Source: Magallana gigas (taxonomy: Eukaryota). Taken from it: a stretch of DNA of 64,000 nucleotides. The DNA lies in the NCBI RefSeq assembly GCF_963853765.1, contig NC_088861.1, positions 40,548,001-40,612,000 of the forward strand, in the 5' to 3' direction. The notes beneath the pieces were generated by a model. It was not told the DNA's origin. It was given only the letters and a program-made list of their open reading frames with translations, and ran no database searches. A program made the position numbers and the translations under genes. Below are positions 49,499 through 60,213 of this stretch, one piece after another (within the stretch, counting starts at the first letter, position 1; every line of letters begins with the position of its first letter).

Positions 49499-50545
49499 CT
49501 AGTATGATGAGTTTTGGAAGGTGGGCTGGTTAGAGTGGTTGTTAGATTGCTGCTGATTAGTTGTCACATGTTGAGATGTATGTGGTGGTGTTGGATTTGT
49601 GCGACAGACTGAGGCAAAATGACGCCAATTTCCGCAGTTGGAACATTTAACATTAAATGCAGGGCAAGATGATCTGGAAAAACAGAACTTACCACATCCG
49701 CTGCATGTCTTTCTCCCTCTCCTATTCGTGGGTTGGTTCATCGGTTGAAACCATTGCTGCTGGGGCCAAGGTGAAGGTGGTACCATCCATTGGAAGGGTT
49801 GACCGGGTTGGTTGAAGGACTGACCGGGTTGGTTGAACTGGGCGGGGTGGCTGAAGGACTGGTTTGGTTGGCTGAAGGACTGGTTTGGTTGGTGAAGGAC
49901 TGGCCGGGTTGGTTCCAAGGTGCCTGGGCCTGGGGTGTTTGGGAGAAGGATTCACGTCCAGGGTTGTGTTGCTTCCTCTTTTGATTTTGGAATGGTCTCT
50001 CTTGTGTGGCTGTTAGAGCACTAATTTCACTCTTAAGTGTCTCCCTTATTTGAGATGTGAGAGATTGAATGTCAAAGTCCTGTTTGTTGTCACATTCTAG
50101 TTCTTGTTTTGCCAGGTCAACAGCGTGACCTAATTCCTGGAAAGTTTTGGGCTCTTTCGAGATGACACATATTTTATAGTGTGGATTAATCGAATTGGAC
50201 TTTGTATATTTCTGGGAGGTCATGTCCCAAAGACGTTTTTTCTGCTCTTGAGAGGTAGTCATTGGTTGACTCTCCAGGGTACTGTCTAAGTCCTAGAAGG
50301 GAATTTGTTTCCTTATTTGCAAAGCGACTTTTCAAGCAGTCTTTGAATGTTGTAAGGTTGTTTTTCTGGGCTGGTGATAAGGTTTGGAGCCATGTGGCTG
50401 CTTGGCCTTCAAAATTACACCCTATGGCAAGGAGGGCTTCTGAATCGGAAACATTGTGGAATTTCTGCCAGTTTTCGAGTACAGTTATCCAAAGATGTAC
50501 ATTTTCACTGCCATCAAATTTCTTCAAATTAATTCCTGTGGCCAT
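49499..50545 (-). pseudogene. gag: gag (capsid-like region, Q/P-rich linker, CCHC knuckle), frameshifted
   Basis: KKFDGSENVHLW...FEGQAATW; C-terminal CSNCGNWRHFASVC. Spread over three ORF-track frames. Confidence 0.88.
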
Positions 50546-50899
50546 AATTCTATTTCTAATCTGTTGTTCTTCTAGTGGTTGATGATCTGTTGACGATTGT
50601 GTTATGTGATCCTCAGGGATTTGTTCCTCATCTAAAGTTTCAATTTCTTGATCCTCTGATTCAGATGCTGGTGTTGACTGGAAGTGTTGATCCTCTGATT
50701 CAGATGCTGGTGCTTCGGTTGTTGATTGGGGATGTTGTTCCTCTGAATCAGATGGTGCTATTTCTAGTGTTGATTGGTAATGTTGTTCGTTTGACTCGGA
50801 GGTTTGACTTGTGGTGGTAATGTTTCGTCTTGATGCTGGTTCTCTGTTGATCGCAGGTAGTAGTTGATTGGCTTTGTATTCATGTGGGATCTTGAGCCT

Positions 50900-50909
50900 T
50901 TCTCCACCA
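50900..50909 (-). promoter_or_regulatory. Primer-binding site, probably tRNA-Ala
   Basis: TGGTGGAGAA lies 3 nt after the TGACA end of the 5' LTR. It is complementary to the ...TTCTCCACCA 3' end of eukaryotic tRNA-Ala(AGC). Confidence 0.75.
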
Positions 50910-50912
50910 ACT

Positions 50913-52738
50913 TGTCACCCGGGATTTTCTTTGCTTATCTGGTGACAACTGAAATAATGACCAAGGCTTCTTTAATAAAGTTTACGTCGTTTATTCTTGA
51001 GTGTCCAGCAAAAAGTAATAAGTTATTATAAGACATATAAAAACATAAGTAGTAAAACAATGAGTCTTTGCACTGAAAACAATATGCAACAAAATCTTAA
51101 AGTTAAGATATTTACTGACCACATCAATTAGAACCTATGATTCACATGTGCACATAATATCAAATGACAATAGATGTTTCAATACACTAAACAATCACTA
51201 CAAAAATGGGGGAAATTAACTTAAATGGAGAACTCGCTTGACCATGATGAGGTACACTATTTATGAAGAACAAAGCTAGGGTGTTTTGACAAACATTTGT
51301 TAAGTACCAATCAACATGAACAAATAAGCAGTCTAGATCCTTAATAATGAGAATAATTATCTGTTGGAGCCTTGGAATGGGACTAAGGGAATAGAAAACC
51401 TATCTATGCACATAACACCTAGAAGTATACAAGTTTCAGTAGTCAAAGACATAAGTGCACATGTACCTGACTATAAAAACAAACAAAACTAGAACGATTG
51501 CTACAAATATGCTAAAACATAGTATTAAAAGACATATCAACACTTACACATTGTTCTTGGAACAATTGGTCAATGCAAATAATTGAAAAACACATATTTC
51601 GAGGAAAATATCCTGTCAGCGTACAACTCTCAATTTGTGCGGAAACATAAACAAGTTATATAAACTCTAAACCGGTCACGTGACAATATCCGGAATGTGA
51701 AATAGCAATTTTACAAATGTTGAGTAATTTAGCTTTCTGAATCTCAAAAAGACACAAGAGTTGTAATTGAATAATAATCAATATCCTATCCTTGAATTAT
51801 CATTTAAAATGATTAGTTAGTTAATTTAAGACTTATCACGCCATGCGCGTTTTTCCGGAAATAAAATTAACAAAGAAAATAAATTAAGATTTTAACTTAC
51901 TAATTTTGAAATTAACAGAATGAAATAGATTTACCGAATCAAAAGTAATTTTGTTATTGATAGTTAAAATGAATCGTTGAATGCATTTTAACAAAGACCT
52001 TATTAACATTTTGTGACAAATTAAGCAACCTGAATAAACAATGTACATTCATGCTTTCTATGAAAATATTGTACAAAGTGCATGGAACAAAATAAACACA
52101 AATAAATCAAAATATAAAATTGTAAGTTGCATATTTATAAATGGTATACATAAAAATAAAAATATAGTTTCCTACCTGAAATAATGACCAAGGCTTCTTT
52201 AATAAAGTTTACGTCGTTTATTCTTGAGTGTCCAGCAAAAAGTGACGCGCTGGGCACTGGATACAAAAATCAGCCTGGTCGAGGTAGGGTTCAACAAGGG
52301 GTAATTATCAAAACAACAAAAACATATACAGATACATATACCCAAATTACCTATCGGGGGCCTCTCACAGAAAAGATACCTAAAAGAGCAGGTCTAACAA
52401 AGAAACTTAATCCGATGACCTGACACTAATTGAGTCAAGAGGACATCAAAAGAATTTGTTAATCGCATTGCGTGGCTTCGCGTAAAGGCTATTTGTTGAT
52501 AAATAAAATGGAATTTAACGTGCAATCAAAATGTGTGAATATGTACCTAACTTCTTAACTTTTTGGCTTTAAGCTAAAATACGTGTTAATCATTATTCTG
52601 CGATAAAGAAAGGATTAACTTAGGAATTTTCTTGACGATGTTAGATTGAAATTGCTAATTTTAAGATAGAATAAATAATTTATTTTTATATCAAATTTAT
52701 TATAAAATATAGAAGAGGGTCGATTAGACCTGATGATA
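50913..52738 (-). repeat. 5' LTR (1826 bp)
   Basis: Direct repeat of 39427-41251, adjacent to the PBS. Confidence 0.95.
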
Positions 52739-52850
52739 ATATGAAATATAAAAACCGAGGCGTTAGTCGAGGCTTTTATATTTCAAACAACAGACCGAGG
52801 AGGTTATCCTGCAACATACACAATAACAAGAACTTTATTTCTATTCTACT
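52739..52850. repeat. Palindromic non-autonomous element split by the Gypsy insertion (left arm at 39387-39426)
   Basis: The reverse complement of GGTTATCCTGCAACATACACAATAACAAGAACTTTATTTCT matches AGAAATAAAGT...TGTTGCAGAATAA left of the provirus. Central hairpin around CCGAGGCGTTAGTCGAGG. Confidence 0.6.
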
Positions 52851-53509
52851 AACAGCCCAGTATTTCTAGAGATCGTTTCTCAAATAGAGAGACGATCTAG
52901 GTAATTTTGACGGCTGTTCCTTGTAACCCCAACGGTTTTGTTATTAATGTTTACATGTGTATCGATCAAAGAAATCACATGCAGACGACAGAATTTTTCT
53001 TTGGATTTTTAATACTCTTGAAGTATTTATAAAATATCTTTGAATCGTGTTCCTAATATTAAACGGGCAATTTAATACGATTATTACTATTACACGTGAT
53101 ATATTTTATGTAAAAACACGCAGTGAAAATGTGGTAGGGAGGTCCTAGGAACAGCCGCATTGATCTCTTAAAAATAAACATTTGAGGCAATACACATCGT
53201 TTAGACTGGAACTAACACGTGAAATTGACATGGTTTTAAAACAATTTATGGTTTGAATTGTACTTTCATGATCAGTGCGAGACAAATAGGTATTTATGAT
53301 CTGATAATTTACTGATGACGTTCGTGGACCGTGGTATATTGGAGAATAATGTCCGGGGCATCTCTTTTATCTCGGCAATAACTGTAGTAGAATTGGATAC
53401 AATACATGGATACAATGATTTATTTGAAAGTTGATAACTAAATAAAGGGACAAATATTAAACATATTCATGTTAACTTTATAATGTGTTGAACATTGAAT
53501 GTTTCACAG

Positions 53510-53728
53510 GTTAGTCAAGGTTCCGAAGGTGTACCTGCATCTCAGTATCATCAACTTCTGGATGGTAACCTATCATCGTGTATTGGTCTTCCTGTACAAG
53601 GCGAAGTCCCTCCGATATTCTGGATGAAGATGAATACCTCGTCGATGAATATTTCATCAAGGTCGTACAATGTCACTGTAGTTGGAGACAAGATTTCTTG
53701 CAATCGTCACGGATCCAAGCTTTTACAG
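53510..53728 (+). CDS. Candidate host-gene exon (extracellular-like protein)
   Basis: TTTCACAG acceptor and GTCAGT donor, 219 bp, open in phase 0 (VSQGSEG...LDGNLSSCIGL...SCNRHGSKLLQ). No homology recognised. Confidence 0.4.
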
Positions 53729-54522
53729 GTCAGTAAGTAGGATAGGAATGCATTTATACTTAAAACTGAACACTCGTAAAAAGGCACTGTCACACAGATA
53801 CCTGGTATATAAACCCTTCGAAGTCGTCACACCCTATTGCCCACCTGAAACTTGGGGCCGACGTGTAGTATTCCTTTCGTAGTCTTTGGATTGTATGCAT
53901 TTAATTCATATCCTATGTGCATATTCTGTTTGTAAATAATGCATTGACCAATGTTTTTTCATGTAAGTATTCACCTGGCATGAAAAAAGTGCGTAGAATT
54001 TGATAATTTCATCGCCACCGAGTTACACGGCCAGGCAAGGTGTACGTCCACACAGGTGAGACTTCTACAGCAAAACACTTTAAACTGCTAAGAGGTCTGC
54101 TGCTTATATAGGGGTTGTAGGGATAACTGTGTTGAGAGAGAAATATGGCGGACAGTGCCTATTTACTAGCCCTTGCAGAATTGCAGCAGATACTGCAAAG
54201 GCAGTATATACTGCTATAGCGCTGCAATTATACTTAATTTCTACTGCAAAAATGAAGTATATTAGCAGTACTTATTAGCATAATGTACTGCACATCAGTA
54301 TATGCTGATAATCTACTGTAAATATACTGAAAATGTGCTTCAAAAACTTTTTAAATTTTCTTTTCAGTGAATCAAAATTACAAATGCTGCTTTTGTACTG
54401 CAAATGGGCTGCATTTCTACTGTGTTATCTTTTTATTGAGATACTGCTATTAAACATATACTGCACTTCTGCTGCATTATCATTATCATTCACACATGTC
54501 TGTCATAGGTGTACTGAATTTG

Positions 54523-54695
54523 TACTGCATTATCTTTATCACTTAGATACTGGCATCAAAGGTAATGCATTTCTACTGCATTATCTTTATCACTTAGATA
54601 CTGGCATCAAAGGTACTGCATTTCTACTGCATTATCTTTATCACTTAGATACTGGCATCAAAGGTACTGCATTTTTACTGCTTTATCACTAAGAT
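54523..54695. repeat. 48-bp tandem repeat (~3.5 copies)
   Basis: TACTGCATTATCTTTATCACTTAGATACTGGCATCAAAGGTACTGCATTTC units. Confidence 0.9.
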
Positions 54696-56941
54696 TCTGG
54701 AGGATTTACCATATTCTGCAAACATATTAATTGGTTATATTTGCATTATCTTTAACTGTGAAAACAATTAAGTATACACAATTAATTAAAAACAAAAGCT
54801 TATTACATATGTTTTGATTGTGATTTTTATTTTAATATTTAATATGTCTAAAAGACATTTGCATAAAATTTTAGACCAAATTAAATATCAGTTGCTCAAA
54901 AGGGTTTTTGAGAAATACAAAATACATGTTTAAAAAACTTTTTGTTCCAACAGACGTGAAAATATAGTAGTAGACATGATGTTTCAATATTTATGAATCT
55001 TATATATTATTATTTTTAATAATAGTTGGATAAAAATTCCACATTGTTTTTCTTATCAATTAATATTCATGTACTTAGAAGGTTCCTCAATATATATCCT
55101 CTACATGAAAGCATGATATATTTTTTAACACCAATAGACACTTAATTGACATATATTTGTACTAAATTTTTGTACATAACCTCCACGACAGTTTGTCGTA
55201 AATGCTAGTAAGTACATATGTATACAAAAACACTTGGTCAATGGACATAAAATATATTAATCTTTTTCAATAAGATTTGGAAAAAATGCCACTTGCTTTT
55301 TTCTCTCGTCAATTTCTATGTACATAACAGGTTCTCTGAGATCATCTACAAGCACAACATTTGTTAAACCAATAGACACTTGACAAACATTTGCACAGGA
55401 TTTCCGTACATTAAGTATTCTAGTAACAGCAACGTATTTGTATCAATTTTCAGTTGAACACTGTAAAAAATATCTTATCTGACAAATCCCACTCTTGTTT
55501 TTACATGTGTAGGAGTTTCTTGTATAACATGTTCCTCGGGCAAAAAGGCCTTTATGGGGCCAACCACAAAAGTGTTAAGTCCAATACATGTCCTAGTAAA
55601 TGACTGCAAAGATGACTGCATTTTTTGATAAAAAGACTTTACAGAACCTATTTCTAATTTGTCAACAAGTTCAGGAATTTTATTTTGAATACATACAGCA
55701 GTCACAATTTGGAGATCAATTTTTTGTGTGCCATGGAAAAGATTTCTTAGATCACCATTCAATCCTTCATAAAAAAAAACAAGACTGGGACCACAGTGGT
55801 CCCAAATCTTCAACTTTTGTACACAAATGTAAAAGACAATGAACATTAAATGTGGCGTAACGCTCTGTATAAAGTTCTTCTATACCAATACAAAATCTTT
55901 TGAAACAACATCTAGCTAAATTCAGATCAGTCTGTGAAATTGAAGTCTTCAAAAGTAAGAAAGTGCCAAGCACTAAATTACAAAAATGATCAAAATATTT
56001 TGAAGGGAGTACATCTTCCAAAAGGGGTACATAGTAATAAAGAAGAAATGTTCTAAATTCAGATGCTTTCCAGTCACCATATTCATCAATTTTTTTTGGT
56101 AGGCGTGAAATCATACAATGTGGTCTTAGTTTGTTGATTCTATCATTAAGTACATCAATATGGCTTCTAAGAGACCATTGCTCATTTTTGTGATCTAAAT
56201 CAATCCAAAGCCCAAGGATCATCTTAACAACACCAAGCAAAACACAGTGCATATAATCTATGCCAGTACCTTTGATTAAATCAAACTTTGGAAAAGACAT
56301 CAAAAAGGATATTCCTTTAACTCCCATTTCCGGCACGGGATCTCGTCTTCTTCCACTCAGATATTCTGTTTCTACTCGGTGCGCTGTAGCTTTGGTTTCC
56401 TCCTTTGTCCTTAACTTGTCATGGCTTTCATTACTCTCAGACTTGTAGGGGTAAATATGAGAGTTCCCTGTTGCCGATATTGCAAATGTTTCTCCGGGGG
56501 ATAGACAACAAGGACACCCATATTTACCATTAAACTGTACAAAATCCATCATTAAACATCTCGCTGGTGCATCAGCTGTGCTGCTAAGAAGAACGGCTTT
56601 CACTGTTAACTGTTCTTCTTTAATACTCATGGGAATGCCTGAAAATATTTAAAGATATTCATATTTACTGGCATATGAAATATTGATCAACATATTTTTG
56701 ACATATAATTGCATTGTATATTTTGGGGGGATTTTAAAAGTTTTGTTTTAATATGTTTTGTTGAAAAAAAGATTACTAAAAATGAATAAATCATTCATGT
56801 CTTTGTTTGCTTCTTTACATAATGATTTAAATTGTTTGAACAAAATATTTCTCTTTTTTCCTATGTTCAAGAGACATTCATAATTCTATTGAAAATCATT
56901 GGATTGGGACCAAGTTAAAATTTGACCTGAATGCATTATCA

Positions 56942-56945
<4 letters not shown>

Positions 56946-56971
<26 letters not shown>
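56946..56971. repeat. (TA)13 microsatellite
   Basis: Direct reading. Confidence 0.95.
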
Positions 56972-56978
<7 letters not shown>

Positions 56979-57504
56979 AGTGCAAACTGAATATATCTTA
57001 ACATGGTAACAGTTTACACTTTCTGCATCACTGCAATTTCATGGTAGGGGGATAAAATATGACATACACACCTGTAAAAAGCAAATTGAATTCTTTCAAA
57101 AAAGATCCAAAAAGTAGTTTCATATTTGGTTTCTGAGTTCCAAACCATAGTCCTAAGAAGATGCGGTTTTCTCTTGTGAATCTATCAATAAATTTTGATA
57201 AAATAGTGTTAAGTTGTTAACAGAAGAGTTATTTACAGAAAAATGAATTAATAGGAACCAATGGTTCTACTTTGCCATCTCCGTAATTTGTAATATCCAC
57301 ATAACAAATTTATAAGTTTAAAGTGCTGAGGGCTTAAAAAAATTGTTATATCCGAGATATAGCGTTATCTGTGTTAAACAAGGTTATAAGACATGTTCTT
57401 CGAGCATCTTTTTTGTTTCTCCTTGTAATGAAGAGTTCCAATAAAAATTTTACATTTATAATCATTTTTAAAATCATTAGAATTAACTTGTATATATATG
57501 TATG

Positions 57505-57595
57505 CCTAGATGGCCAAGTGGTTAGAGCCGTGGCCGCTCACTGCCAGGAGCGTAGATTCTAGAAGTCGTGAGTTCAAAGCCCCGGCCGATATTGA
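57505..57595 (+). mobile_element. tRNA-derived SINE head or tRNA-like remnant in a transposase intron
   Basis: A box TGGCCAAGTGG and B-box-like GAGTTCAAAGCC. No complete cloverleaf. Confidence 0.55.
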
Positions 57596-58491
57596 ATTCC
57601 AAAATAGTGAATTTTGCTGTGCTGTATATTTATTTGTTTTTATATCAGCAATTCAAGTGTATTTTCAAGAAGAGTATATAGGAAAATACAAACTCTAGTA
57701 TTTTGAAGAAATGCCTGGTAAGGTATCCTAATTTTTTGCAAGAAAGCTTGTCAAAGTAGTAGTAAACAATTAACAAATTCCTGGAAAAAGTTATATAAAG
57801 TTGAAGAACGTGTCGTCTGACCTTAATGTTTATCATTGAATGTTAAGAGCATCATAATTTCAGAATTCATTATAACTGGTACAAATGTACCTTGCATCAG
57901 GTGGCAGTTCATTGATTACTGCATAAACAGGCCAAACACCAAATATAGATGACTTGAACACAGCAACTCCATCGGTATTAATTTGAAAAGACAGGTGCAA
58001 TTGATGTTTCCTCTCTTCCAGGGTTGTTCCATGGAAAAACCCACTGATGTCAAAATGACTTTGGTATACATTTCCATTGTAGACATCTTCAATAGTGGAT
58101 GTGTTCCCTAGTTCACTCCTTTCAATTTTGCTTTTTCTTATCATGTCAAGAACACCAGGTCCTAAAAAATACATCATAAAATGTAAAATGAAATCATCAA
58201 TATATATTTGTTTGATATATACATTAAAGAGAATTTTACATTATGTTACTTTTTTTGCCAGGGAGGAAATTTTTGTGGAACGACAATCTATCATATGTAG
58301 TATTAAATATGGCATACATATTTACCAATACTTTTTAAATTATCAAATTTTACAGTATTAAAGTGTGGGTTTATTTCACATGCATGTCAGTGCAGGGCCC
58401 TTATGATATTAACACATGGCCAAAATTTTTAAAATAGCATTGATAATTACTGCAATAAAATTAACAATTAAATGTTAGTTACATCTTAATA

Positions 58492-58697
58492 CTGAGGTTT
58501 CATTAATATTCAAGGGTATCAATTTTCGTGGATAAAGTAAAAATCACAGTTTAAAGGATACGTAAATTCGTTGCCAATGACCCTTTCAATACAAAATGTT
58601 AATAAAATTGCATATCAATGAACATTTAATTTCATGGATCAATTCGACAACGAAATCCACGAAAATTGGTATTCAACCAATATTGATGAATCCACAG
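58492..58697. mobile_element. Tc1/mariner-type MITE (TA TSD), intronic
   Basis: TA|CTGAGGTTTCATT...GATGAATCCACAG|TA with TTTTCGTGG motifs. Confidence 0.75.
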
Positions 58698-60213
58698 TAC
58701 TTGCAAGCAAGAATGATAGAATAATCCAAATGAAAATGCTCACTTTTCAAAATTGTTTCCATCTGATCCTTAAGGGGTATGGTGATGAAGTATCTTATGC
58801 TCGTAGATGAACAGTTAGGACATGTTTCTCACTTTGCGTCCTTTTCAATGCTGAGAAAGCACTTATCACAAAAGTGATTGTATATAAAAAGCGTTTTCAA
58901 TTTCCTGAAAAAGTCTTGATACATAGTAAGGGTTGCCCTGCATATATTATCTGAAGGACAATGCACTTCAAGAAGATTTAATAAATCACAAAGGGCAACT
59001 CCTGATAGGTTGTGTCTTGTAGCGAATGTTACAATTAGCAGCATACTCATGCTTACAGTAAGCCTGCTTCCTTGATATAGCGGTTGATTTTCAATATCAC
59101 TCTGATTATCGCTACTTTTTTGGTCTAACTTCTGTTTTTCTTCCTCCAGCATTTCCTCCACCAATATATCATATTCATTTGGAACTTCATCAATGCAATC
59201 AGTTAAATCATCAATTGTTTCTGGACCTAAAGTAATTAGTAATAAGAGATAAGGTAGATATAATAAAATACAAAAAGTTGATGCTAATTATTAAATGTTA
59301 AATAAAATAATTTGTCACCAAATTTATAACAGAGTTTTCATACTATCGGTATATCTTTTTCTTTGGTAAAGTTACAGATCTTTAGAAATATCATTGGAAA
59401 AAGGATGTAATAATTTATTACCTGACATATGTTACATTAACTGCTTATGAATATTGTTAGGTTGTGGTATAAATTCAATATCAACCAGATTATAAGACTA
59501 TAACTGCATTTGGGCGTTTTAGGATTACTAAACCGTGGAAATATAACGGACATGTCGCAAACTGAGGAAATTTGGACTAACTATTTTTTTTTCCCCAAAA
59601 AAATATTTTGGCATCACAAATTATGTTGAGAAGAATGAAAAATTTATTATTTTCTCATATTCTGATGACCGTAATTACGACAGTCATATTCATATCAATT
59701 CATATCATATGCGTGGATTTCTGCGCAGTGCAGAGGTGAATCTTGAATTGGGTCCGTCTTTCTTAATCAATTAAATGTATACGGATTCAGAACTGTTAAT
59801 CTACAAAAATCTATATACCTGTAATTTCATCAACATTTGACTCATGTTCTTCCTCTTTCTCTTGTTTTCTCCACTTCGATGTCCTCGATGTGCCATCATT
59901 TGGCCCGCGTTTTTTCGACGCCATCTTTTTTCTTGGTCATTTGTCAAATCGTCGATAAGCTATTTCGTTTCCTAGCTTATTCTTCCAAAGTTCCATTTCA
60001 CGGATATTTCACATTTCTGTTAATATTTCTTCACTGGAATTATTATAAACAAATTATAAAGTAGTCATTTTACTTTCGTTTAAATAGAAACATGTTAAAA
60101 TAGTGGAGGCGCGCACGAATCATCGTACGATCTACTTAAGAACATTTAGTTCCGGTACCAAAAGTTCCTAGTTGTGAGCGCGGCGATATATAGGTTTATG
60201 CACCTAGACAAAC

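Larger units (their letters stand above)
39427..52738 (-). mobile_element. Full-length env- and chromodomain-bearing Ty3/Gypsy LTR retrotransposon (defective copy)
   Basis: Two ~1.83-kb LTRs, PBS, PPT, and gag-PR-RT-RH-IN-chromodomain-env order on the minus strand. Confidence 0.97.
55475..59924 (-). pseudogene. CACTA/EnSpm transposase, spliced, disabled
   Basis: Exon 1 MASKKRGPNDGTSRTSKWR (59924-59819); PLYQGSRL..RHNLS; NTDGVAVFKSS..VWPVYAVINELPP; ADAPAR..QFNGKYGCPCC; DYMHCVLLGV; WKASEFR; FNVHCLLHL..LGPLW. In-frame TGA at 58829-58831 and a poly-T frameshift near 55770. Confidence 0.92.

Noticed and set aside
54025-54160. GC-richer block with TATATAAG on the minus strand, adjacent to the CACTA end
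   Set aside because: It looks like a repeat or promoter fragment but cannot be classified from this window.
54523-54695. CRISPR-like array
   Set aside because: The units are contiguous tandem repeats with no unique spacers, the context is eukaryotic and there are no cas genes.
57505-57595. tRNA gene
   Set aside because: Irregular anticodon and variable region and no terminator. Treated as a SINE-like remnant.
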